Of a stretch of 64,000 nt of DNA, positions 13,033-35,040 are shown in pieces. Origin of the DNA: the human T2T-CHM13v2.0 reference genome, Homo sapiens; the NCBI RefSeq assembly GCF_009914755.1, contig NC_060927.1; one strand, written 5' to 3'. Position 1 is the stretch's first letter. Each line of letters begins with the position of its first letter. The translations under genes were made by a program, and so were the position numbers. The notes under the pieces were generated by a model. The model saw nothing but the letters and a program-made list of their open reading frames with translations. It was not told the DNA's origin and did no database searches.

Positions 13033-14357
13033 CCAGTAAAAAAGGTAAGAACATTCAGTGTTTTCAAGGCCCCACCCGCTACATGGCATACTGAAGAGCA
13101 AAGGGGAGGAAACCCTAAAGGCTGGGCTCCTCCTTTGGGACAGAAACAAAGACTGGATTATGCATACAACATTTTGGCTTGTCTGGAAGGTGCCAGAAAA
13201 ACTGGTTTTTGTGTCACTGACTCAGAGCACTGAAGGATCAGCATTAGAGTTCAGAAGCTGCTGAAAACAGAGGCAAGCAGCATTTAAGAACTGCAGTTCT
13301 ACAGTCAGACACCAGAGGGATCAAGAGATTAGAAAAGGTTTGAGAGGTCCTAGAACCTCTAGCTAGGCTGATTTCAGGTCTTCCACTGCCCAAAGCCAGT
13401 ACACAGAGACTGTGAGAGGTGGTTGTTTTTTCAAATGCCCAAATCCCAACAAAAAAACTTACTAGGCATACAAAGAAACAGAGAAGCATGACCCAATCAA
13501 GGGACCAAAATAAAACTCCAAATACTGACTCTAAAGAACACAGATCTACATGCTCCCTGACCAGTAATTAAAAATAATTGTAAAGATGCTCAATGAACTA
13601 AACAAGAACACAGACAGACAACTAAATAAAGTCAGAAAAATTATGCATGAACAAAATGAGAATATCAACAAAGAGACAGAAACTATAAGAAAGAACCTAA
13701 CAAATTCTGGAGCTGAAAAATACAATTGAACAGAAAAATTTGTTAAAGGAGTTCAACAGCAGATTTGACCAGACAGAGGAAAGGACCAGCAAATTTGAAT
13801 GTAGATCATTTGAAATCTTCAAGTTAGAGGATTAAAATAAATAAATACAGTGAAGAGAGCCTAGGGACCTATGAGACATGCCAAGTAGATCAATATAAGC
13901 ATAATGGGAATCCCAGAAAGAGAAGAGGGAACAAAGGGGCATAGAGCTTTATTTGAAGAAGTAATGGCTGAAAGGTTCCCAAATATGAGGAACAAAATGT
14001 ACATACAAATCAAAAAATTTAAAGAACTCCAACTGGGACAAATCCACAGAAAACCACACTGACACACATTATAATCAAACTGTCTAAAGTCAAAGATAGA
14101 GTATCTTCAAAGTGGCAAGAGAAAAGCAATTGTGACATACAAAGGAGCTTCCGTAACACTATCTGCAGATTTCTTAGCAGAAACTTTGCAGGCCAGAAGG
14201 GAGTGGGATGATATATTTGAAGTGCTGAAAGAAACTGCCAACCAAGGACACCATGTGTGGTAAAACTGTCCTTCAAAAACAAAGGAGAAATTAAGATTCC
14301 CAGATAAATAAAAACTGAGGGACTTTATTACCACTTGACAAGCTCTACAAAAAATGC

Positions 14358-15850
14358 TGAATTCTCTTAATTTTCCTTGTGCTGCTGATTTCTGGTTTCA
14401 TTCCATTGTGATCAGAAAAGATACTTTGTAGTATAATTTCAATCTTCTTGAATTTTTTAAGATTTGTTTTGTATGTTCTCTCTCCTGGAGAGTTCCACAT
14501 GCATTTGAGAAGAACGTATATTCTGCCATTGTTGGGTGGAATGTTCTTGTATGTCTGTTGGTCTATAGTGTTGTTCCAATTCTATTTCCTTATTGTTCTT
14601 CTGTCTAGTAGTTTTATCCATTATTGAAAGTAGGGCACTTAAGTTTCCTACTGTTATCATGTTGCTAATTATTTCTCCCTTCAGCTCTTTCAAAGTTGAC
14701 TTCACATGTTTAGAACTCTGAGGTTTGGTGTGTACATATTTATAATTGTTGTATCTCCTTGGTGAATTGTTCCTTTAACATTGTATAACGTCCCTCTTTG
14801 TCTCTCGTAACAGTTTTGTTTTTAGTCTATTCATCTGATAATAGTATAGCTACTCCTCCTCTCTTGTGGTTACCATTTGCATGGAGTATCTTTTTCCATC
14901 TTTTTACTTTCAGCCTATATGTGTCCTTATATCTAAAAGGAGTCTCTTGTAGGCCACATACAGTTAGATCCTGTTTTTAATCCATTTAGCCAAGAATGGG
15001 GAGTTTAATTCATTTGCACTTAAAAGTAATTACTGATAGGGAAGGACTTACTTTTGTCATTTTCATTGTTTTCTGTATGTCTAGTAGCTTTTTTGTCCCT
15101 TCTTTCCTTTCTTCCTGTCTTCCTTTATGTGTTGTTGATTTTTATTATAGTGATGTGCTTTGATTTTCTTTTGTGCGTTCTCATAGATTTTTTCTTGGTG
15201 GATACTATTGCAATTACATAAAACATCTTAAAGTCATAGCATCCTATTTTGAACTGATAACAACTTCACTTCAATTGCATAAAAAACTCTACTTTTTTAC
15301 CCCATCCCCAAATATCACAAATTAACATCTTTATATGTTTTTATACCCATTAACATAGATTTATAGTTAAAAAAAGTTTTTGTCATTTAAATTCTATGTA
15401 CCAAAATTACTACAGTACAGGTTACTATATTTGTTAATATTTACCCTTACCAGATAACTATATATTTTCATATGGCTTTGTGTTGCTGTCTATCATTCTT
15501 TTATTTTATGTTTTATTTTAACGTTTTTTCGTTTTCTTTCTTTTTTTGAGATGGAGTTTCACTCTTTTTGCCCAGGCTGGAGTGCAATGGCATGATCTCA
15601 GCTCACTGTAACCTCCACCTCCCAGGCTAAAGTGATTCTCCTGCCTCAGCCTCCTGAGTAGCTGGGATTACAGGTGTGTGCCACCACACCCGGCTAATTT
15701 TGTATTTTTAGTAGAGATGAGGTTTCACCATGTTGGCCAGGCTGGTCTTCAACTCCTGACCTTGTGATCCACCCACCTCGGCCTCCCAAAGTGTTGGGAT
15801 TTATAGGCATGAGCCACTTCACCCGGCCCCATCCTTTTATTTCAACTTGA

Positions 15851-15856
<6 letters not shown>
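14358..15856 (-). mobile_element. Inverted internal segment of the same L1 (end of ORF1, inter-ORF region, ORF2 endonuclease)
   Basis: ORF 14457..14705 (LKELKGEIISNMITVGNLSALLSIMDKTTRQK) resembles the L1 endonuclease. An Alu sits at ~15525-15829. Confidence 0.88.
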
Positions 15857-22310
<6,454 letters not shown>

Positions 22311-22510
22311 GGAGAGGGGGGTAGTGAGGAGGAAGGACAGATAGAAGAAAAAAGTGGAAGAAGAATAAAGCAGCCATGTGTAAACTAGTTTCTACTACTT
22401 AAGGAAATGTAATCCAATGTTAAGAGTGCAAACAATTTAGAAGCATGGTGGGAGAAATCTTTTCCAGGACAATAAATGATAGCTTTGGTGACAACATACT
22501 TTCTACACTT

Positions 22511-22691
22511 GCACTGTCCAATTCAATGGGCATTAGCTATACACATGGCTACCAAACTCTGAGTAAAAAAATAAAACACTCAGTTCTTCCACTGTACTAG
22601 CCACATTTCAAATACTCAATAGCAACATGTGGCTATTGAACAGTGCAGATATAGAACATTTCTATCATTGCAGAAAGTTCTATTGGACAGC
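22511..22691 (-). mobile_element. MER3-like hAT-Charlie fossil
   Basis: tagccacatttcaaatactcaatagc...atagaacatttctatcattgcagaaagttctattggacagc. Confidence 0.8.
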
Positions 22692-22968
22692 ATGAGTCTG
22701 TATGTTCCTCCCAATAATTACTATCAATGGGTGATAGAAGCATCAAAATCACCGAGAGACATGCAAGTGAAGAGACAGCCATATGTAAATGCAAAAGATC
22801 TACTTCCCACTGTATTCTACTTGGGAACAAATTTCTTAAACACAATCCCTCCCTGCCTCTGTTACTGAGTAACAGATTTGGAGTTTTTAAAAAAAACCTC
22901 TTGGGTTAAATGAGGGAGAATCTACTCTTTTTCTCTGTTGAGTGATCTGGGCATTGCATGCAAACTTA

Positions 22969-23118
<150 letters not shown>

Positions 23119-24255
23119 TCAGGAGCCATGATTACAAGGTCATCTGGATAGGACCCTAGCCCCAAGAAAGCGTCACACCAACCCATGTACAGCAAGGACA
23201 CAGACAGACAAGGAGGCGTCATCAGCACGTTTGCAATCAGTGCCATTCTCCAAGAAGGAGGCAAGCAGTGCAGGGGGTCTTGTGCCAAATTTTAATTATT
23301 TGCAGCTTCATTTAGAAGGGAACGGTTCTTACAGGAGTGCTGTAGGACAAAGGCACTAAGCCAACTCAGTAATGAAGCCAGTTTGGTAAATGAAGTATTT
23401 TGTGTAGTCTTTCAAATGACTGCAGAAGTGAAGAGTAAAGTGAGAAGGATAATACTGCACATTGGCACAGTGCCGGTCTCTGAACTGATTGCAGCTTTTA
23501 AAAGCCATATGTTAATCCAAATCCGAACACCAAATTCAAGCAAGCTTTATATATTTGAGTGTGGATAGAAAACAGAGGCATGCCCTCTCTCTGCCTAAGT
23601 TTTTGGTTTCCTTTCCATTGGCAGCCTGCCATTAAGACTAATGGCTCAAAAGCTTGATGACTTTATCAGACTTCTTTGGGTAGTTGTGGTCCTACCTGTT
23701 TTTGTTAACTTTCAAAATTACATAACTGATTATATCCTTTTTACTTTGGTTGTTAGAAAGCCTAGAGCCAAGTCTTTGGTTGACGTCTAAAAAATGGGCA
23801 CACACTTTGAGAGCTAACCCCACTTCTATTTAAACTTGTTACATTTTTTTTTCAAGCCACCTTACACAATTTTTGCACAAAAAGACACAAATAAAAGTCA
23901 CTTTCGCAGTGAACTTGGAGGAAAAGCCAGGGCTGATTTTAAAATAAAAGGATACCAAACAGTAACTTCCCTCTCTATTTCCTCACTTCTAAGATGTGGC
24001 ACTCCAGACTCATCCATATCAGTGTCTATTATTTGGGGATAAATAAGACATTCTGAAGAAAATAGCATTTCTCTTTCAGGTTACAAGACACCCACTGAAT
24101 GACCTGAATAAAGTGTACCAGCCCATGTAAATAATTATTATGTGTCAGTAATTGGGTGCTTTGCAATTTAAGTACTTTCATATTAATTATTTCACTCAAT
24201 CTCCCTGATTGTGCTAATTGTCATAATAATCCTGGCAAAACAGACAGGAACCCTC

Positions 24256-24595
<340 letters not shown>

Positions 24596-25267
24596 TGATG
24601 CTCAGAGAGGTTAACATCTTTTCCAAGATCACAAAACCATTTAAAGTGCTACAACTTGAACGTAAGTCTTTGTTTTCAAGTCCCGAGCTTGCTTTATTAC
24701 ATCATGCTACAGTCTTAGGAAGATACAAAAATCAACAATTCCATAAGACGTTTTATTCACCAACTCTTACAATCAGTTCAGTCTCCTTGAACAGGGAGGA
24801 AACTAAACAGAAGGCCAGTGTGCTTTATTTCTTGCTTGACGTGGCAGTGACTCACCCACTTCTTTGTGAGACTACCTATGTTGTCACAAGAATGGCCACC
24901 CCCAGGGCTCTGACTCAGGGGAAGAGGAAGAGCTATGATGAGTGGGTTCTAGGATCCCGCAGAGCTCCAAACCTCTGCTTTTGTAGAAATCAATGCATCC
25001 ATAAGCATTAGTTCGCTTACAGGAACAGTCCTGGCTGTGAGGTTATCAGTACCCTCTTTATGAACTTTTAGCCTCTCAGCATGAAAGCTTGTCACAGCCC
25101 CCAGCTTGATGTTAGTCTGTTAGTAGTCCTGTTGAAAGAAGCCACTGTCTCTTACAGCACAGCCCCCCACTGCTGATGTAAGCAATTGTGACCTAAGAGT
25201 GGCTGAGACCCACCAGCACGCAGGGGACCCCTCAGAAGGAAGCAAAGGAAGCCCCACAGGCACGTAC

Positions 25268-25540
25268 CGGGACTGGGTCTGCTTAGTGATGTTCTTTATG
25301 GTCAAGCCCTCCTTTCCGATGATGGCACCAACAAACTGGGTGGGGACCAGGATCCGCAGCGGGAAATCAATCTGTCTGGCCTGAGAAGTGCCCCCAGGGG
25401 CGTGGCCTTGCTCCCGGGAAGAGTGGTCCCCACGCTGGGCTCGCTGAGGGGGCGAAGGGGAGCTCACCTCTTCATCCGGGATGTAGGAAATCTTGAAGGA
25501 GTAGTTCTCAAACTGATGCCCGCTTAGCTTCTCCATGGCT
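25268..25540 (-). CDS. IGF2BP2: IGF2BP2 exon 6 (273 nt): end of RRM2, linker, start of KH1 ([13 protein letters not shown]...[20 protein letters not shown](R))
   Basis: tttcag|AGCCATGGAG...CAGTCCCG|gtacgt. Overlaps ORF 25120..25536 and contains the KH GxxG loop GKEG. Confidence 0.98.
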
Positions 25541-25599
25541 CTGAAATGCAGCAGGACAGGGGAGCTTCGTCAGAAACCAACATCAAGAAAGACCCTCCC

Positions 25600-25934
<335 letters not shown>

Positions 25935-26990
25935 TTAATAGGTGCCTATATGGTGCCATGCCAGGCACTGAACATACAGTGGTGAGCAAGACAGACACCA
26001 TCTCTGCTCCCTCAGGGCTTACGGTTAACAGTTAAACAAGTAATCACAACGCATCAGCCTGGTCAGGCTTCATATCCAACATTACAGCCTGGTTTCTCCA
26101 CCACTCAAGGCCATTTCCCCCTTATCAAAAACTCTTATAAATATCAGTATAAAATTATGACTCATTTTTTTCTCATTTTAATCATCATACATATTATTGA
26201 AAATTCAGAAATATGTAAGTGCAAATAAAATCCTAATCCACTATCTTTACTGTCTTTCTTAAATATAAACATATTATTGCTTATAAAAATGGGTTAATAT
26301 TGTACATACTATGTTCTAACCTTTAAAAAAACAGTTAATATTCTAAAACATTTTTCAATGTCACTAAGTACCTTTCAGTATAATTTACACATGACTCAAC
26401 TGCAGTATCAGTATAATTTTTAATGACTGTTTAACATTCTATTGATTTACCATAGTTTTTGCAACTGATCCTTTATAGTTAGATATCTGTTGTATCCAAC
26501 CTTTTACAGTTACACACAGTGTCACCATTGGCATCTTTGCAACTACAACTTTGCACACAGGACAAATTCCTAGTAGAATTGTTAACTATTGCCCAGTGGG
26601 CCCCTGGAATGGTTTCAACATTTATGATCCCATAGCAGTTTAGGAGAGAGCATTTGTGTCCTTGAATCTTCAAATGCACAGAGCGCTGTTATTTAAAGAT
26701 ATTTATCAATTTGATAGGGGATAAATGATATACCACTATTATATTCTTAAAATGACACACGAAATACACTATCCTTTTCACATATTTTTAGTAGCATTAA
26801 CCCAATTTTACTAGGTTAATGTCTAGGACTTGTAAATTTATTACAAAGCAGCACCTTTTGAATTTAATAAAAGCAATAGAGTAATATCATGTACAGAGGT
26901 CCACCCAAGCAGCAGCTAGATAAGGGCTGTGGAGTTGAGTTGTTGGTGTATCTCCACTTACAAATGTGTACAAGGTAAAGTTAACACTAA

Positions 26991-28010
<1,020 letters not shown>

Positions 28011-28384
28011 TGAAGTAATGAATGGGCACTGGAAAGAGGATGGGGATTGGAGAAAAGAACCCAAACCAGGTGCTATTGAGTAACCACTCTCAGACAATTC
28101 TCTCGGCTGCTGCTCTCACTGAGGTGGATTCCCTCCTAATGTTACACACACAAAATTGATGTTTTGGTATAGGCTTGTGCTGCCTCTTCACAGTGCATGG
28201 AGGAAGCTCTAGGTAAAAGTGGTCCCAAGTGTTTGGCAAAGCAGAGTCTAGGAGACACAGTGTCACAGGTATGGTGCCCTCTATTCCCGATCATGTCAAG
28301 ACACAGCTCCCATCTTGGTTTTGATGCCAAGGCTCAACATTTTTCAAGTCTCTACACAATCCACAAATATCCCGGTGTGAATGT

Positions 28385-28506
28385 CCTGGAGCTCCACTGA
28401 CATGTCAAAGATGGCAGGAACACCCTGGAGCTCTACCAATATGTCAAAGGTGGCTCAGATGCCGTGGAGCTCCATGGGTATGTCAAAGGTGGCACATATC
28501 CAGCTC
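28385..28506. repeat. Three diverged 39-bp tandem units
   Basis: TGGAGCTC at 28387/28426/28465 and ATGTCAAAGRTGGC at 28402/28441/28480. Confidence 0.9.
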
Positions 28507-28610
28507 AAAGATCTGCATCTTTTTAGAAAACATTTAAAAACACAGAACTCAATGGAATTCAAATATAAAAACAAATAAATTTAAACAGAAATAAGCCCAA
28601 ATCTGCTTAC

Positions 28611-28674
28611 ATTTTTGCTTCTTCTCTTGTTGCATATGTGACGTTGACAACGGCGGTTTCTGTGTCTGTGTTGA
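28611..28674 (-). CDS. IGF2BP2: IGF2BP2 exon 5 (64 nt): (V)NTDTETAVVNVTYATREEAK(I)
   Basis: ccctag|TCAACACAGAC...GCAAAAAT|gtaagc. RRM2 sequence, frame continuous. Confidence 0.97.
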
Positions 28675-30872
28675 CTAGGGAAAAGGCAAAAACTACACTG
28701 TCATAGGAAAAAGTGCTGTCACCCTCTGGCTTAATGTAAACAGACAAACTTTAGAGAAAAATGCATAAAACCCTCATCACACTGGCTCCACAGTTATCTG
28801 CATCTCTACGTTTATTCATCTGAGTTCACAGTAATTTGTAATCAATTGTATATAACACGTTTGTAATCAATCGTATGAACAACTCAGAACTATATTTTCC
28901 ACATATTTTATAAACACTTTTATATGAGTATTTTGTATCAGTACATTTTCTTTGTATTTTTCATTTTTAATGTCTATATAAAATTGCAGTGAGTCAAATG
29001 TACCATGACTTGCCTAACCATTCCCCAATTGTTGGTAAGTAGGCTGTTCCCACTATTTGCTAGTCTAAATAGTGTTGCTAAAAATCACCTTTGTTGCAAA
29101 CATCACTGGATTGTGTGTTCTTCTGAATTACTTCTTTAGGCTAAAATCACAGAAGAAAAGTAATGCAGTAAAAGAACATGATGCTTTTTAATGCATATTT
29201 TCAGACTGGTCTCCTAGAAGTTTGTATCAATTTATTACATCACTATCAAGGTATGAGTTTTAATTATAATTTGCATTAATTCTTAAATAATTGGATATAC
29301 ATATAAAACAATAAGAAAATATTTTAATTTAAATTATTCATTCACTGACAAGGTTGAACCATCACTATTTTTGTTTCCCTTTGACTGAACTCTTTGACTG
29401 TGTGGGTTAAATCTAATAAATAAAACTGACAATTCTAATTACTTGGCTAAAAGAGAAAGTATAAACTCTATGATTGGCTAATAAGGGATTACTCTTGTGA
29501 GTTGTCTTGTCTTAGATCATAATTTCTTGCCTCTTCTTCTATAGTTAGAAATTAAAAATAAATTCAAATGCCAGAGAAAACTTTCTCAATCCAAGCCAGT
29601 AAACTTAAACACCAAAAATATATGTTTCCCAAAACAAAGGTGACTAGATCAATTCTTCCCTTTAAAAGATTTAAGCTGTTGGGAGTTTGGAGTTAACAAC
29701 AACATTAAGTTAAAGATAATTCAAGAAAATTATGATAAAGCTGCTGTCCAAAGTAATAATAAAACTCTATAATATACGATTCTTTACACTGGACCCATGC
29801 TTGAGCTTCAAGAATTCTATAAACCCCTCCAAAATGATTCAAACTTGTAGAAATGTGAATTTTTCTTGTTATTTTACAAGATTTGCAAAGGGACCTGAGA
29901 CCCCGAAAAGCTTAAGGACTACTGTTAAAAATACTGTTTGTTAAATAACTTTAAAGCAGCTGCAGCCTTTATGGGTTGCAGGGAGTTGTATGTAATGCTC
30001 AGAAAGAGCTGCCACTGAGAATTACATGTAATAAACCCGAGCCCAGCTCTGGCCTTGGCCTGGAGTGTTCATAGCACGCTTTAATTCACACTTAACCCAC
30101 AGAAGTCCTCACAGTGCAAAACAGGGGAGGTGTAGCACATTACTGTCCTCTCTCAGTGCTGACACAGAGAATGCTAAAAAGGTTTCATATTTGCTGCTTT
30201 CTAGTGCTACAGATAAGGCTGTAGACTCCCAGAAAGGGCTGGGTTTGAACCTCCTGAATAAAGCTATCCATTAGGATTCTCAGATTCTGTGCTCACTTCT
30301 TAGTCATATGCTCTGTTCTTCAAAGATGTTAGTCTTCAGGAAATCAGGCAGTTCTTTGATTCTGTGACGAGCTAAGCTCCATTCAAATAATTTATTTCAC
30401 TGGGCATGAAAGTTCTATAAAGTTGCCTAAAACTCTACTGAAAATATTTTCCTGCTGAATCAGGAATCACTCATGTAACAGGACAAAACAATAGCCCAAC
30501 AGTTCTATCCTGTTGTTGTTAGGCAGCTGGAAACTGGGGGGTCTCCAGCACACAGCTGCCCTAGGACCTATAAACTGCCCCAGGGACCTGGAATATATTT
30601 TTCTTGCGTAGCATTGTCCTCAGTTTATAATATAATCTTAACTAGTAACTTTTACAGGTTCATGTCTGCAAGACCATCTTGCCTACAACACCCAATCATT
30701 AGAATGTCTTCTTTTCTGCCGGGCACGGTGGCTCACACCTGTGATCCCAGCACTCTGGGAGGCCAAGGTGGGTGGATCACTTGAGGCCGGGAGTTTGATG
30801 CCAGCCTGGCCAACACGGTGAAACCCTGTCTCTACTAAAACTACAAAAATTAGCCAGGCATGGTGGCGCTCA

Positions 30873-31070
<198 letters not shown>

Positions 31071-31601
31071 TCATGTCTTCTTTCTGAGCTCTTTCCCTTC
31101 ACCTTTGGGCATGGGCAGGCAGCAGCATAAACTGAATAATATCTGAATAATTACTGCTTTAAAACTATTAATTAAACTAGCAGAATAGATCATATACAAG
31201 AAAATGGGTTGTTTGCAATTTTTCCTAAGTGAACTTGAACAATCCCTTCAGCTTACGTATGACTCTGCTGTCTACAAATGCCTTATACAGGTTCTCTTTG
31301 GGTAACACAACTATCCAGTGACAGAGGAAGGGTAGAAATTTCTCTCTCAATTTGACACTTGTGCATACTGAGTCAGTGAGGTTATTTGACTTTTTCAAGG
31401 GTTCGCAGTCAGTAAATGACTGAATTTACATTCTGTTTTCTAGGTCAAGGCAAAAATAATCTTTATCATGTATTATTGCCTGTCACATCAGGAGTTTGGA
31501 ATCTACTTTTCTGGGACTCTTAAAGAGCTAGATAAGATATCAGCTTTAGGTACCACTGTTTTCCTTTTAAAAATCATAGTATTTCATGCTTTAGAAGATA
31601 A

Positions 31602-32115
<514 letters not shown>

Positions 32116-32523
32116 TAGGAGTCCTATTCATTGGGTAACACTCAGTCCAAGACATTAGGGATCTGTTTTTCTTATCCAGGGAAAGGAAAGTAGCAACCGT
32201 GTAAATCCAATTACTCCTAAGTGAATTAAGCTTACCCTAGCCTGACAGCGTTTGTCAGTGCTTGAGCACACTGCACAGTATATGAGAAACAGCTTGTAAA
32301 TAATATTCCTCGAAAAGGCAAACTACATAGACATACATAGAAAGAGACAGATATCTCTCACATCTATGTAAGATACATCTTACATAGATGTAAATACATA
32401 TACTCTAGGAAGCTTATTTCAAAGAAATATGAACTTACTATTTCTCCCTGGAGTTGACCTAACCTATAAGAAATAACAGATAATATCTCTCTCCAAAACC
32501 CAAAAGGCTTCCTCACTTATTAC

Positions 32524-32575
32524 CTTGTTCCACATTCTCCACTGTCCCATATTGAGCCAAAAGTCCATCCAACAC
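32524..32575 (-). CDS. IGF2BP2: IGF2BP2 exon 4 (52 nt): VLDGLLAQYGTVENVEQ(V)
   Basis: tttag|GTGTTGGATGGA...GAACAAG|gtaata. Phase 0 to phase 1, consistent with neighbouring exons. Confidence 0.97.
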
Positions 32576-34193
32576 CTAAAAGAGAAAGCTTCCATGTCAG
32601 AATGGGAAGGCAAGATCATATGTACAAAAAATACTACAGTGATATACCCCAGCAAACAAATTAAAGGAAAAAAAAGATGGTTATAGGAATAATCTAATTA
32701 AATTGATATCTCAGGTCTTCCATAAAAACAGTTAGAACTGAACAAATATATGGGACCTACATTGGCTTATTGGCTCCCAATTAATCTGTTCACTAAGGTT
32801 ACACAGCAGAATTTCAGACTCTTAGTAACTGTTAACAATCACATTCGTCATGATGGTTGGAACACACTACTCTTACAATGAGAAGCAGAATAAAGTACAA
32901 GACTCACTCCACTTTCTTGAAATATTTAACAATTCTTTTACAAGGATCTCTTCATTTTACAAGGTAATAGGATGTGTATGTTTGAAATGTTCCATAATAA
33001 TCAGGTTTTTTGTTTTGTTTTGTTTTGTTTGAGATGGAGTCTCCCTCTGTCACCCATGCTGGAGTGCAGTGGCACCATCTCGGCTCACAGCAACCTCCAT
33101 CTCCTGGGTTCCAGTGCAGCCACTCTCCTGCCTCAGCCTCCCGAGTAGCTGGGACTACAGATGCCTGTCATCATGCCTGGCTAATTTTTGTATTTTTAGT
33201 AGAGACGTGGTTTCACCATGTTGGTCATGCTGGTCTCAAACTCCTGACCTCAAGTGATCCTCCTGCCTTGGCCTCCGAAGTGCTGGGATTTACAGGCGTG
33301 AGCCATCACGCCCAGGCAATAATCGTGTGTTTTTTTTTTTTTAAAGTAATAAAAACATTAGATAAAACATTGTTTCCTTTAAGGCACGGTGTTTTCTTTG
33401 GGTGGGGAATAAAATATGAGGCAGTTTGTTTTTAAATCACAATAAGGCCACTCCTCATATTCTTACTTTATTTTAAGGTAGAAATCTTATAAGCTTTACA
33501 ACTCTGAAAACATACCTTAACTGTCACAGCAACTAATTCAAAACAAACAAAAAATTCTGCTAAAACCAACAAAGACCTTTCTACTTTTGTTGCCTTTTCA
33601 TTCACTTTTTTTTCCAAATTATAATCTGGAAAGATAAAAATCTTTTTAAAAATCATGAGATACAAGGCAGGTGGATTGCTTGAACCTAAGAGTTCGAGGC
33701 CAGCCTGGACAACATAGCAAAACCTCATCTCTAAAAAAATACAAAAATTAGCCGGGCATGGTGGCATGCATCGAGTCCCAGCTACTCAGGAGGCTGGGGT
33801 GGGAAGATGAGGTAGGAAGATCCCTGGACCCGGCTGCAGTGAGCCATGATTGGGCCACTGCACTCCAGCCTGGGTGACAAAGTGAGACACTGTCTCAAAC
33901 ATACAAACCAACAAACCATGAGATACAAATCACAACCAGGTATATATTTTGTTTCTTGGCTTATTTGCTGGTGCTTGGTAGCATGGTACTTGAAAAGACA
34001 GAACATGAGGGATCAAAGTACACATTCTATGAAAGAAACAAATACGACCCCAAACTCATTACAGATCACATACATTAGGGTACTGAAAAGAAAGAGGCAG
34101 GACCCAGAAGCTTTGTGGGAAACACTGAGGCCCTCTAATTCCTAAATGTAAAATGGAACTAAAGAAGGGAGAAATGTCTCATCAACCCATTAA

Positions 34194-35040
<847 letters not shown>

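Larger units (their letters stand above)
12111..14361 (+). mobile_element. Old LINE-1 (L1MA/L1MB class), 5'UTR plus degenerate ORF1, interrupted by an AluJ and a minisatellite
   Basis: Starts gagagtgacgttagcaagatggcagactaggaagcc (L1 5' caagatggc motif). ORF1-like sequence such as gcagatttcttagcagaaactttgcaggccagaagggagtgggatgatatatt. Confidence 0.85.

Noticed and set aside
12495-13149. ORFs up to 199 aa rich in I/Y/E/R
   Set aside because: Translations of the (TA)n/(GA)n minisatellite, which has few stop codons.
25120-25267. C-terminal extension of ORF 25120..25536 as a distinct protein
   Set aside because: Read-through past the exon 6 GT donor; IGF2BP2 similarity ends exactly at the splice site.
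28385-28506. CRISPR-like array
   Set aside because: Human intron, three units, spacers only 7-10 nt, no cas genes. Kept only as a tandem repeat.
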